Notes: generated by a model from the letters alone, not told the origin. A DNA stretch of 64,000 nt from Cyanobacteria bacterium P01_F01_bin.150 (GCA_039189765.1 JBCCYL010000003.1:32001-96000), one strand, 5' to 3'; numbered from the stretch's first letter, positions 49,371 through 59,231 are shown. Numbers and translations: made by a program.

Positions 49371-51497
49371 CTAGACGACGAAGTCAAAATCCTGAGTTAA
49401 CACGACATCAGTGGTGTCTTCGACAATGCCGATAATGTCATTTCGGTAACGAATCACTGAATCTAAGGCGCTGCTGCCAGACCAGGATTCAAAGCCGATG
49501 GTGTAATCGGCGATGGAACCATATAATTGGATGCGATCGCCTTCTAGCCAGTAAAAATCTGTAATAGTGGCATAGCCGAAGCCAATATAGTAGGCTCCAA
49601 TAATGCTGTCTCCCAGGACAAATCGATCGGCCCCATCGAGGATATCTATCTGATTTGGCACAGAGGAGCTTAAGTCGCCAGTCAACACATCATATTCTTG
49701 GATGCCGCCGTTATAGCCAATTAAAGTATCACTGTCTGCTTCGCCCAATAGCTGATCAGAGCCTTGACCACCATAGAGAATATCATTGCCTGTAAATCCT
49801 AGCAGCGTATCGTCGCCTTCATTGCCAATCAGGGTATCGTTTCCGGTCCAACCATCCAGGAAGTCGTCTCCTTCAGACCCCCAAATCACATCAGCCCCAT
49901 CCCCACCATCAATGATGTCATCGCCATCCCCGCCGTCAAGCATGTCATCACCGTTTTCGCCAAAAAGGATGTCATCACCACCGATGCCCTGGAGAAGGTT
50001 GTCAAATTCATTACCGAACAACGTGTCATCACTGCTGCCCCCTACTGCATTTTCGATAACCACACCGTTGGCGATGGTAAGCCCGCCGTAGACCCCGTCT
50101 GCTGAAGAGATATATCCCCCGGCATTGGGTCCGGTTAATGGGGCATCGTTGAGGTCAATGGTCACGGGGGTGAGGGAGGCGATCGCCGAAATCGTGTCAT
50201 TTCCCCCCGTATCCCAAATCGCCGTGTAAGCGGTGCCCGGACCATTTTGGCTTGGCAACTCGTAGATGTCATCGCCATTATTGTGGTTGGGGTTAATGCC
50301 GTATAGGGCTTGAATTGCCCCAATGTCTAGGGTCATTGGCGAGGCTTGATAGCCATAATTGCTCAAGCGTAGTCGCCCATCCTCTTCTCGACCATCGCTA
50401 TCGGCGTCTAGTCCATCGTTATAGGACATGGTGGTCCATACCCCTTGATTGAGGCCAAACAGTCCAGTGGTATAGCTATCGATAAATCCGTCAGCATCAG
50501 CGTCGATACCTTCGACCCCGGGAAACGTTGCAGACCCACTACTATCATCATGGGGATGGGCTAACCCCAAACCATGCCCTAGTTCATGCAGGACCGTCAC
50601 AAATCCATAGCCTCCAGGCTGTAAGCCCGCAGAATCCCAACCCAACCCTTGCCAGTTAAAGTAGGTCATCCCTTCAGCGAAGGTCTGGGGCGGAGAGCTT
50701 TGGCCTAAAATGCCAAAACCAATTTCGCTATCATTGACCAGTGTAAATTTTAAATCTGCCGATGGGCTGTTATCGTTGAGTGGCACAAATTCAATATTTG
50801 CAACGTTTGCCCAAAACTCCAACCCTGTCTCCACGGCGGCCATTTCATAGTCAAACCATGGCGTATCTAGGGTGTCGTAGGCATAGAAGTCATCGTCAAG
50901 GCTGGCATCGTTCCAAAATGAGTAGGTGATAATTGTAGGCTCATTTGGCTCATTGCCTGGCTGATTAACTGGATTGTCAGCAATGTTACTGCCCCATTTG
51001 TTGCCGCCCCACAGAAGCGCATCAATATAGGAAAAGTCCACAGGAGGCGGGGGGAGGATGTCCAAGGACTCGGCTGTCATACTAATGTCGTAGCTAAAGC
51101 GGGGCTGGGGGCTGGCATTAGCTCGGCTGACCTGTACCGCATAGCTTCCTGGAGCAAGGTTAATGCTAATTGTTTCATCAACAGAGCCAAGGGTAAGCGA
51201 TGTGGCAATTACTTCTAACAGATCGTCTGGATCAAAAAGGGCTGGGTTTAAGCTATTGTAGGGACCATCACCGTCCACATCCGTGTAGGTAAATAGCTGT
51301 AGATCGACATCTCCATTGGCACTGATATCTGAGATATTGACCGTAAATGCCTGAGCTTCGGATAGGCTAAAGATATAGAAATCGGCTTCGGGGGCTAAGC
51401 CGGACCGATCCAGACCAACAGTTTTATTTTGCTCAGCAAATGATCCAATGGTATTGAAGGGAATGGTAGGGGTTCCGGTAACGAATGAAATAGACAT
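49371..51497 (-). CDS. Serralysin-like M10 metalloprotease with PPC-like N-terminus and RTX tail
   Basis: HELGHGLGLAHPH zinc motif, TTMSY Met-turn, IWDTGGNDT, IENAVGG. Confidence 0.92.
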   Translation of the reverse strand: MSISFVTGTPTIPFNTIGSFAEQNKTVGLDRSGLAPEADFYIFSLSEAQAFTVNISDISANGDVDLQLFTYTDVDGDGPYNSLNPALFDPDDLLEVIATSLTLGSVDETISINLAPGSYAVQVSRANASPQPRFSYDISMTAESLDILPPPPVDFSYIDALLWGGNKWGSNIADNPVNQPGNEPNEPTIITYSFWNDASLDDDFYAYDTLDTPWFDYEMAAVETGLEFWANVANIEFVPLNDNSPSADLKFTLVNDSEIGFGILGQSSPPQTFAEGMTYFNWQGLGWDSAGLQPGGYGFVTVLHELGHGLGLAHPHDDSSGSATFPGVEGIDADADGFIDSYTTGLFGLNQGVWTTMSYNDGLDADSDGREEDGRLRLSNYGYQASPMTLDIGAIQALYGINPNHNNGDDIYELPSQNGPGTAYTAIWDTGGNDTISAIASLTPVTIDLNDAPLTGPNAGGYISSADGVYGGLTIANGVVIENAVGGSSDDTLFGNEFDNLLQGIGGDDILFGENGDDMLDGGDGDDIIDGGDGADVIWGSEGDDFLDGWTGNDTLIGNEGDDTLLGFTGNDILYGGQGSDQLLGEADSDTLIGYNGGIQEYDVLTGDLSSSVPNQIDILDGADRFVLGDSIIGAYYIGFGYATITDFYWLEGDRIQLYGSIADYTIGFESWSGSSALDSVIRYRNDIIGIVEDTTDVVLTQDFDFVV

Positions 51498-51968
51498 GGG
51501 GATAGATCTTGATTTTAGTAGATAAAAATTGACAAATAAAACCCTGTGGATTTTTCAATGGGAAGCTCTAAGCAGAAAAAACTCGATCAATTGAATGCAG
51601 GACAATCAGGACGCAAAGAAAGAGTCTTCTCTTTGGTCCAGTCATTAAATGGCTGAAAGGCAGATGTTTGAGACTGTTCTGAACACCTGACCTGGGGCAT
51701 TAGCCGACGAAATGGTTAAAGGGGGTGATTCATGCCTCCATGAATCACCAAATCACCAAATAGGATGCTCCTGAACGATAAACTGCGTTATCTGCTCATG
51801 TGTAAGGATGTATATCTCAAAGGGTTGGAGTTATGCATTTAGATTCATGGGGTATCATGAAACGCTGAGGTTATCGGACATTACGACGCTTTATGAGCCA
51901 GTGCGTTGTAAATCAGAATGCTTTTGCTCCTATTCGAAATCGTGGCTGTATACGAACGCACCAATACC

Positions 51969-52047
51969 CTAGTACTCTGTCAGGAACTAAATGAGGGGAA
52001 AATCCCGTAGGGATTTTCCCCTCAAAATAAAGCTGACGCGGTACTAG
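51969..52047. mobile_element. Putative 79-bp MITE
   Basis: Ends CTAGTACTCTGTCAG / CTGACGCGGTACTAG; central palindrome GAGGGGAAAATCCC-GTA-GGGATTTTCCCCTC. Confidence 0.6.
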
Positions 52048-52184
52048 TCACATTGCAGCGTTTTATCGAGGTTTTGCATCGGCAAAAAATAATCACAGCA
52101 GTGTGAGGCATGGTGCACCCCCCACTGCCGTTTTGAACTTAATGCGGTTGCCCACCGCTACACGTCATGATTTTTTGTCAGACA

Positions 52185-52481
52185 TCACACGGCGATAAAG
52201 TCAGCCTCTGTCAGGCCGATCAGATCGGCATCCTGCTCAAAGTCTCGAATAATATCGGCATCTTTACTCGGCTGTAGGACAAAAATATCTTCGCCAGGTC
52301 CTCCCCATGGGTGATCGTTATTATCGCCACCGTATAAGACATCATTGCCATTTCCCCCCCGCAGGGTATCGTCTCCAGTCCCTCCACGCAGGTGATGATC
52401 GCCATCGCCACCCAACAGGCGATCATCACCATCGCCACCGAGCAAAATATCATGATTGCTCCGGCCCCAAATGCGATGGAC
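52185..52481 (-). pseudogene. Remnant C-terminus of an RTX protein
   Basis: GGDGDDRL repeats, DIIRDFEQ and TEADFIAV*, with no proper 5' part. Confidence 0.7.
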
Positions 52482-52866
52482 AAAATTGGGGCAAAGGTCC
52501 TGTCAGCCTGTGTTTTCAGTCGTCGAGTCAACCCGCTTCAAGACGGGCAAACAATGATCTCTGCCAACCAACCGTATTGTGGCGACATGGACCCCTGAGA
52601 CTCAATCGGAAATGTCGGGTTCTGGATGTCGGCAGACATAAATTTGATGAGTTTAAGCGATCGCGCTAATTTAAGGCTTAATGACCTCCCACCATACGTT
52701 CCGTGATCTTACTGACAGACTACGCTGGGTTTATCTGCACCAATTACAGGCGTTACTGGCATTAGTCTGGACCAACTGAGAGCTGAGGCTATAGAGCTCT
52801 CCTGGGACGAGTATTTGTACTATGGAAATCACGGATTCTTGATAAATCATTGGCGCAGTTGGCATA

Positions 52867-52918
52867 TATATGCTAGTACAGAGCAGTTTTGGTATGTATA
52901 TGCTAGTACAGAGCAGTT
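52867..52918. repeat. 22-bp direct repeat x2 upstream of the TpsA gene
   Basis: TATATGCTAGTACAGAGCAGTT at 52867 and 52897. Confidence 0.85.
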
Positions 52919-52960
52919 GATATTACGGTTCCCCCCATAAGTTTTAGATTTTTTGCTCCT

Positions 52961-55900
52961 ATGGTCTCTTCAACTTGTTGGTCTAATAATTCTTTGTTTC
53001 TGGGGCGGTGGGCGATCGCGCTTCCCTTCACGCTTCTGCCGATAACCGTAATCACTAGTCTGGAAAGCGGTCCGGTGCTGGCTCAGATTGTGCCGGATCA
53101 GACGCTGGGGGCAGAGGCGTCGGTAGTGGTGCCGAATATGTCGATCAATGGGCTGGATGCGGATCGGATTGAGGGGGGCGCAATTCGATCGGAGGTGCTA
53201 TTCCATAGTTTTGATCAGTTTAATGTAGCGGAGCAGCAGGGGGCGTATTTTGCCAGCCCGGTGGGGATTGAGCGGATTCTGAGTCGGGTGACGGGGTCTG
53301 ATGTGTCGGATATTTTTGGCACGTTGGGGGTGGAAGGTACGGCGGATTTGTTTTTTCTGAATCCCAATGGCATTGTCTTTGGTCCCAACTCATTGCTGGA
53401 TATTGGTGGGTCGTTTGTGGCGACAACGGCGGATGCTTTTGAATTTGGCGAGTTGGGCACCTTTAGCGCCCGTGATCCGGAGTCACCCTCACCATTACTG
53501 ACCATTGCCCCCTCAGCGTTTCTGTTTGGTCAGCAGCCTTCAGGGGAGATTGTGAATCGCTCGACGGCTAAGGTGGCGGCGGATGGGGATTTTCCGGATT
53601 TAGCGGTGGGGTTACGGGTGCCCAATGGCGAGATGCTGCTGTTGTTGGGAGGCGATGTGGTGGTGGATGGGGGCCGATTGAGTGCCTTTGGGGGGCGTAT
53701 AGAGATTGGCTCGGTGGCGGGAGTGGGCAGCATTGGGGTGGATGGAGAGGGAGGCTTAATGTTTCCCGATGACGTTAAGAGGGGGAGCGTTCGTCTGGAG
53801 AATGATGCGGTGCTGGATGGGGCGCTAGATGGGGGCGGCGATATTCAAATGCAGGCCGGGATTATAGATGTTCTGGCTAGCGTGGTGCAAACGGGCATTC
53901 GAGAAAATTTTGAGGCAGTCGGAGGTCAGGCTGGAGATATCCGAGTGGATGCCACTGAGCAGGTGACAGTTGATTCCGCCTCGGTTGTTACCATTCCTAA
54001 TGAGAGCCGTTTTGTTTCTGGAATCGGTAACGTAATAGAGCAAGGAGCAATAGGGAATTCAGGCAGGATAGACATCATCACACCTATTCTGCAGGTATTG
54101 AATGGTGGCCAGATTAGCTCTAGCACTTTTGGAGAAGGGAATGCAGGGAGTGTGACAATCACCGCGACTCAATCTGCGACCGTTGATGGAACTGATTCCA
54201 TTGATGAAGAGTTTCCCAGTGGAGTGTTCAGTGTCGTAGTCTCAGGATCGATGGGTAATGCTGGTGATGTAAGCATTAATACCCCTATTCTGCAGGTATT
54301 GAATGGTGGCCAGATTAGCTCTAGCGCCTTTGGAGAAGGGGATGCAGGGAGTGTGACAATCACCACGACTCAATCTGCGACCGTTGATGGAACGTCCTCC
54401 GGTGGTGCGATTTCCAGTGGAGTCAGTAGTGACGTGATATCAGGAGCAATGGGCAATGCCGGTAGCGTCAGCATTAATACCCCTATTCTACAGATATTGA
54501 ATGGTGGTCAGATTCGTTCTAGCACCTTTGAAGAAGGGGATGCCGGGAATGTGACAATCATCGCAACTCAATCCACGACCATTGATGGAACGTCCTCCAG
54601 TGGTGCGTTTTCCAGTGGAGTCTTTAGTGAAGTAGTGTCAGGAGCTACGGGCAATGCTGGTAGCGTAAGCGTTAATACTCCTGTTCTGAATATATCAGAT
54701 GGGGGCGAGATTAGCTCTAGCACTTTTGGAGAGGGGGATGCCGGGAGTGTGACAATCACCGCAACTCAATCTGCGACCGTTGATGGCACTAATGCCATTG
54801 ATGAGGAGTTGGACAGTGGAGTGTTCAGTGTCGTAGCATCAGGAGCGATGGGTAATGCTGGTGATGTCAGCATTAATACCCCTATTTTGCAGGTATTGAA
54901 TGGTGGCCAGATTAGCGCTAGCACCCTTGGAGAAGGGGATGCAGGGAGTGTGGCAATCACCGCAACTCAATCCACGACCGTTGATGGAACGTTCTCCAGT
55001 GGTGCGTTTCCCAGTGGCGTCTTTAGTACCGTGGAGGCAGGAGCGACGGGTAATGCTGGTAGTATCAGCGTTAATACTCCCGTTCTTAATATATCGAATG
55101 GTGGTCAGATTATCTCTAGCACCTTTGGAGAAGGGAATGCCGGGAGTGTGACAATCACCGCGACTCAATCCACGACTGTTGATGGCGCGTCCTCCAGTGG
55201 TGCGTTTCCTAGTGGAGTCTTGAGTGACGTGGAGGCAGAGGCTATGGGTAATGCTGGTAGTGTCAGCGTTAATACTCCCGTTCTAAATATATTGAATGGT
55301 GGCCAGATTAGCTCTAGCACCCTTGGGGAAGGGGATGCCGGGAATGTGACAATCATCGCGACTCAATCCACAATCGTTGATGGAACGTCTTCTAGTGGAA
55401 CGTTTTCCAGTGGAGTCAGTAGTGCCGTGGAGACAGGATCTATGGGTAATGCTGGTAGTGTCAGCGTTAATACTCCCGTTCTAAATATATTGAATGGTGG
55501 CCAGATTAGCTCTAGCACCCTTGGAGAAGGGGATGCCGGGAATGTGACAATCATCGCGACTCAATCCACGACCGTTGATGGTACGTCCTCCAGTGGTGCG
55601 TTTCCCAGTGGAGTCTTTAGCACCGTGGAGGCAGGAGCGGTGGGTAATGCTGGTAATGTAAGCGTTAATACCCCCGTTCTGAATATATCGAATAGTGGCC
55701 GGATTAGCTCTAGCACCCTTGGAGAAGGGGATGCAGGGAGTGTGATAATCACCGCAACCCAATCTGCAACCATCGATGGAACGGATGGATTTGCCGATAT
55801 CTTCAGTCTCGTTGATTCAGACGCTATTGGGGATGGTGGAAGTATAAGGATTATGACTCCTCTATTGAATATCCAAAATGGGGCGAGTATCAGTGCAGAA

Positions 55901-57112
55901 AATTTGAATGACAGGGATGGCGGCGATATTGTGATTGCAGCTAAAGTAGTCAACCTAGAAAATCAATCTAGAATCCTTGCCTCTTCTGAATCCGGTAGTG
56001 GCGGCGATATCATATTCACGGGACTTGAAACCCTAACCGTGAATAACCATGGTCAGATTGCCGCTGCAACTAATACGGGTGTAGCAGGCCGAATTGACAT
56101 TGTGGCAAGCGATACCGTTCACCTTAGCAATCACTCCCAATTATCGGTTGAAACAGGCATCGAATCCGCAGTCTCTCCAAACCGCACTCGGTTTGCTCCG
56201 GTCAGAACGGAGGACAATACATTCATTCCCAAAGGAGGAGATATTGCCATCACCAGCGATCGCCTGATCGTTGAAGGCAATTCTGATATCTTGGTCAGCA
56301 GCCCTAATGGCCAAGCTGGGAATATCGACATCAATGCCCGTCTTGTCCATCTGGATGAGGGAGAATTCCGGGCAACTACCAATGCCAATGCCCCAGACCG
56401 AGACTCTGCCACTATTACCCTAAGCGGATTAGACCTATTGGCTGTGACCAATGACAGCTTAATCTCTGCCGAAGCATTTGCTGCAGCGGATGGTGGTAAT
56501 GTCATTATCAACGCCGAAGATGGATTTATCGCAGCTCCGGCCAACGCCAACAGCGACCTTATTGCTAACGCTATTGGTGGTAACGGAGGAAACATTAGTA
56601 TTAATGCTGTCCAGATCTTTGGTCTTGCTCTGAACTCTGGTGAAATAGAAGTACTACGGGCTAATCAAACTAACGACCTCAGCGTCAGTTCCCAGTTAGG
56701 CATTGATGGTGCTGTGGTGATTGAAACCCTGGGGATTGACCCCAGCCGAGGACTTGGTGAACTCCCCGGCGAAGTCGTAGACGCACCCCCACTAGACGCC
56801 GTCTGCTCCGCCAACTCCCAACGCCAAAGCCAATTTATCCAAGCCGGACGCGGCGGCCTCCCCACCACCCCTACCGATCCCTTCAACGGCAGCACCCCCT
56901 CCACCCCCTGGGTTATCCGCCCCACCCCAGAAAGTGCCCAATCCACTCCCCCCGCCCCCCTCACCCAATCTCCCACTCCCCACCTCCCCACCCTCACCGA
57001 AGCCCAAGGCTGGGCCACCCACCCCAACGGCACCATCACCCTAATCGCCACCCATCCCCAAACCACCCCTCAAGAATCAGATCAACCTCCCCAAGGCGTC
57101 TGTCACCCCTAA
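52961..57112 (+). CDS. Filamentous haemagglutinin family (TpsA) exoprotein
   Basis: AQIVPD, LFHSFDQFNV, FFLNPNGIVFG TPS domain; C-terminal GRGGLP and EAQGW motifs. Confidence 0.93.
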   Translation: MVSSTCWSNNSLFLGRWAIALPFTLLPITVITSLESGPVLAQIVPDQTLGAEASVVVPNMSINGLDADRIEGGAIRSEVLFHSFDQFNVAEQQGAYFASPVGIERILSRVTGSDVSDIFGTLGVEGTADLFFLNPNGIVFGPNSLLDIGGSFVATTADAFEFGELGTFSARDPESPSPLLTIAPSAFLFGQQPSGEIVNRSTAKVAADGDFPDLAVGLRVPNGEMLLLLGGDVVVDGGRLSAFGGRIEIGSVAGVGSIGVDGEGGLMFPDDVKRGSVRLENDAVLDGALDGGGDIQMQAGIIDVLASVVQTGIRENFEAVGGQAGDIRVDATEQVTVDSASVVTIPNESRFVSGIGNVIEQGAIGNSGRIDIITPILQVLNGGQISSSTFGEGNAGSVTITATQSATVDGTDSIDEEFPSGVFSVVVSGSMGNAGDVSINTPILQVLNGGQISSSAFGEGDAGSVTITTTQSATVDGTSSGGAISSGVSSDVISGAMGNAGSVSINTPILQILNGGQIRSSTFEEGDAGNVTIIATQSTTIDGTSSSGAFSSGVFSEVVSGATGNAGSVSVNTPVLNISDGGEISSSTFGEGDAGSVTITATQSATVDGTNAIDEELDSGVFSVVASGAMGNAGDVSINTPILQVLNGGQISASTLGEGDAGSVAITATQSTTVDGTFSSGAFPSGVFSTVEAGATGNAGSISVNTPVLNISNGGQIISSTFGEGNAGSVTITATQSTTVDGASSSGAFPSGVLSDVEAEAMGNAGSVSVNTPVLNILNGGQISSSTLGEGDAGNVTIIATQSTIVDGTSSSGTFSSGVSSAVETGSMGNAGSVSVNTPVLNILNGGQISSSTLGEGDAGNVTIIATQSTTVDGTSSSGAFPSGVFSTVEAGAVGNAGNVSVNTPVLNISNSGRISSSTLGEGDAGSVIITATQSATIDGTDGFADIFSLVDSDAIGDGGSIRIMTPLLNIQNGASISAENLNDRDGGDIVIAAKVVNLENQSRILASSESGSGGDIIFTGLETLTVNNHGQIAAATNTGVAGRIDIVASDTVHLSNHSQLSVETGIESAVSPNRTRFAPVRTEDNTFIPKGGDIAITSDRLIVEGNSDILVSSPNGQAGNIDINARLVHLDEGEFRATTNANAPDRDSATITLSGLDLLAVTNDSLISAEAFAAADGGNVIINAEDGFIAAPANANSDLIANAIGGNGGNISINAVQIFGLALNSGEIEVLRANQTNDLSVSSQLGIDGAVVIETLGIDPSRGLGELPGEVVDAPPLDAVCSANSQRQSQFIQAGRGGLPTTPTDPFNGSTPSTPWVIRPTPESAQSTPPAPLTQSPTPHLPTLTEAQGWATHPNGTITLIATHPQTTPQESDQPPQGVCHP
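54030..55790 (+). repeat. Nine intragenic tandem repeats of 198-201 bp (66-67 aa)
   Basis: GQISSSTxGEGxAG unit recurs near 54108, 54309, 54507, 54705, 54906, 55104, 55302, 55500 and 55698. Confidence 0.9.
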
Positions 57113-57382
57113 TCGCCACCATCTCTCTGACATAGGTCAACATACAGCGCAGCAACTGGGCCATAGCCTGGCCCCAAAGCTCAAAGCCCCAGCGGCAGGC
57201 CACCGTATTAAGTCCAAACCAGCCGCGTGGGCAACCAGCACAGTCCCACTGCCGTTTTTGGCTGGCAAGTATCCGACATTTCCAACATTTAGAGCCGACA
57301 TGCCCGACTGACAGAGCCTCAGCAAACAGTGCATGATGCAAACAGAACACACGATTGTAAGCCTGTGCAGGTGTTTTTGAAG

Positions 57383-57413
57383 TGATGGGCACACGTTGTT
57401 TTGTCCATCTTAC
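57383..57413 (-). repeat. Single degenerate REP of the 27237 family
   Basis: TGATGGGCACACGTTGTTTTGTCCATCTTAC matches the right arm of the REPIN. Confidence 0.7.
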
Positions 57414-57471
57414 ATGGCTGCTCAGATTTGTCCTCTACCAACACACAAATAACACACAAGGATGCCCTCCC

Positions 57472-57953
57472 ATGACTCAACAGGAAATTCAAGTGGCAGA
57501 CCTGAATGGCACCAATGGCTTTGGCGTTGCAGGCTCAAACCTCCTCGAACAGCTCGGCACATCCGTTAGTATTTTGCAGGACTTTAATGGCGATGGCATT
57601 GATGACTACCTGATTGGTGCCCCTAACACAAACCGGGCCTATTTGATTTATGGACGACAAGGCACACAGTCTACGGTGGACCTAGCTCAACTCATGGCTT
57701 CTCAAGGAGTCGTCTTGCGGGGGGTAAACGACGACTTTGCCGGATCCACCGTGCGTGGCATCGGTGACTTTAATGGGGATGGGTTTGATGACGTGGCGAT
57801 CGCTTTACTTTAGCTGGAGGCTTTCGCTTTAATCAGCTTACGATTGTCCAGCAGGGAGATGACGCTCTTGTGCGTATTGGCAATACCAACATTGCTCTAG
57901 TGAAGAATACAAATGCCAATCGTTTAGACCATCCCCAAATTTGGCAAGCATAA
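57472..57953 (+). pseudogene. FG-GAP/RTX secreted protein gene with an internal deletion at HIP1
   Basis: FG-GAP repeats DFNGDGIDDYLIGA up to HIP1 (57796); the RTX-type tail GDRFTLAGGFRFNQLTIVQQGDD.. continues in another frame. Confidence 0.8.
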
Positions 57954-58018
57954 GTAAGACACTAAGGTGTGCATCCCTATCAGGAGCGCACAACTCAATA
58001 AAAGTATGTCCCTTTGGC

Positions 58019-58939
58019 TTAAGTAACCAGTTTTTTTTTCTCAGTAAATGACATCGCCACACCCTTCTCATAGTAGGCCGCTTCATTAATAAAAATTGGG
58101 TAGACGGGCGTCTTGCCCTCATAGCTAATGGTTTCTCCCTCAAACGTCAAAAACATCGGATCGCCAAGATTTACAACTTCGTAGTCCTGAAATTGTCGTT
58201 GGGGATGGGTCATCGCGATCATCTCTGCGTTGTTATTTTTGGGATAGTCAATGGCACCGATATATTGATAGACCGTTAAAGGGGTTGGCTCACCGGATTG
58301 TGTTGGTCGCTGAGTGGGTGATTGTGTTGGCGATCGCTGGGGCGAAGCATACTGGCAATTATGCTGATCCGCATAGTCTAAGGCATGGTGAATCAACGCC
58401 TCCGTTTTCTGAAACAGGTCGGCATTCAATGTGGCGTGAGCCAGGGGACCCACCTCAATGCCCAGCCGATATTTGCCCAACGTTCGCATGGAATCATTCT
58501 CCCGGCCTGACCCTGTGGAGCTGTAGAGCTTAACAGCGGGGGTTTTAGCCTGTAAGTAGGCCGCAAGACCAAGGGTAAAGGGATCAAGATGATCTAGAAT
58601 CAACATCAGCCCAGCATTGGATGTGGTGCTATGGAGATCAATCACAAAGTCAGTCGGCGTTTCCCCCTTTGGGCCATACTGCTTTAAAAGATTTTTTGCC
58701 CTGGCTTCTTCGTAAATCGACGCAGATGCACTCCATGCTTGATGATCAAAGCAGCGATTTAAGTCTTTATCAAGATAGCGGGTCACCTGACTGACCGCTC
58801 GAGGATTGCCCATTAAAGAACGGGCTGCAAAACTAGTCCGTTTGATTAAGTCTGGACATTCTTGAAATTTCCTAACCATGTAAATGCCAGTCAGTTCATT
58901 CCCATGGGTCCCTCCCACAATTAAAACCTGATGAATCAT
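58019..58939 (-). CDS. Aspartoacylase
   Basis: IVGGTHGNE, DLNRCF, DLHSTT, IEVGP, YPIFINEAAYYEK; start 58939 or 58996. Confidence 0.93.
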   Translation of the reverse strand: MIHQVLIVGGTHGNELTGIYMVRKFQECPDLIKRTSFAARSLMGNPRAVSQVTRYLDKDLNRCFDHQAWSASASIYEEARAKNLLKQYGPKGETPTDFVIDLHSTTSNAGLMLILDHLDPFTLGLAAYLQAKTPAVKLYSSTGSGRENDSMRTLGKYRLGIEVGPLAHATLNADLFQKTEALIHHALDYADQHNCQYASPQRSPTQSPTQRPTQSGEPTPLTVYQYIGAIDYPKNNNAEMIAMTHPQRQFQDYEVVNLGDPMFLTFEGETISYEGKTPVYPIFINEAAYYEKGVAMSFTEKKKLVT

Positions 58940-59144
58940 TTTCGCTCCTTTACTGTCAAGGCTATGAGAGGGCACATCCGCTAAAACAGTAGTCATGATT
59001 TCTTCAGCAAATTGGCGTAGTTGATCGTGATATGGAAGCGCGATCGCCCTCCTTAGAAATTGTAGCTGTGTACGAACACACAAATCCTTTGGCTACATTG
59101 CAGCGCTTTATCAAGGTTTTGCGGGAAATAGAGTAATTGTACTG

Positions 59145-59231
59145 CTAGGGGCTTCAACGTAAGGCGGAACAAATTTGTGGAAAATTGGGGCGCAACGCGC
59201 CCCAATTTTCCACCTTAAGTTGATACCCTAC
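59145..59231. repeat. Palindromic MITE-like element
   Basis: Perfect 17-bp stem GTGGAAAATTGGGGCGC/GCGCCCCAATTTTCCAC (59177-59213) inside imperfect outer arms TCAACGTAAGG/CCTTAAGTTGA. Confidence 0.65.

Noticed and set aside
42946..56595. Pro/Ser-rich antisense ORFs over the RTX and TpsA repeats
   Set aside because: Shadow frames of Gly-rich repeat coding on the opposite strand
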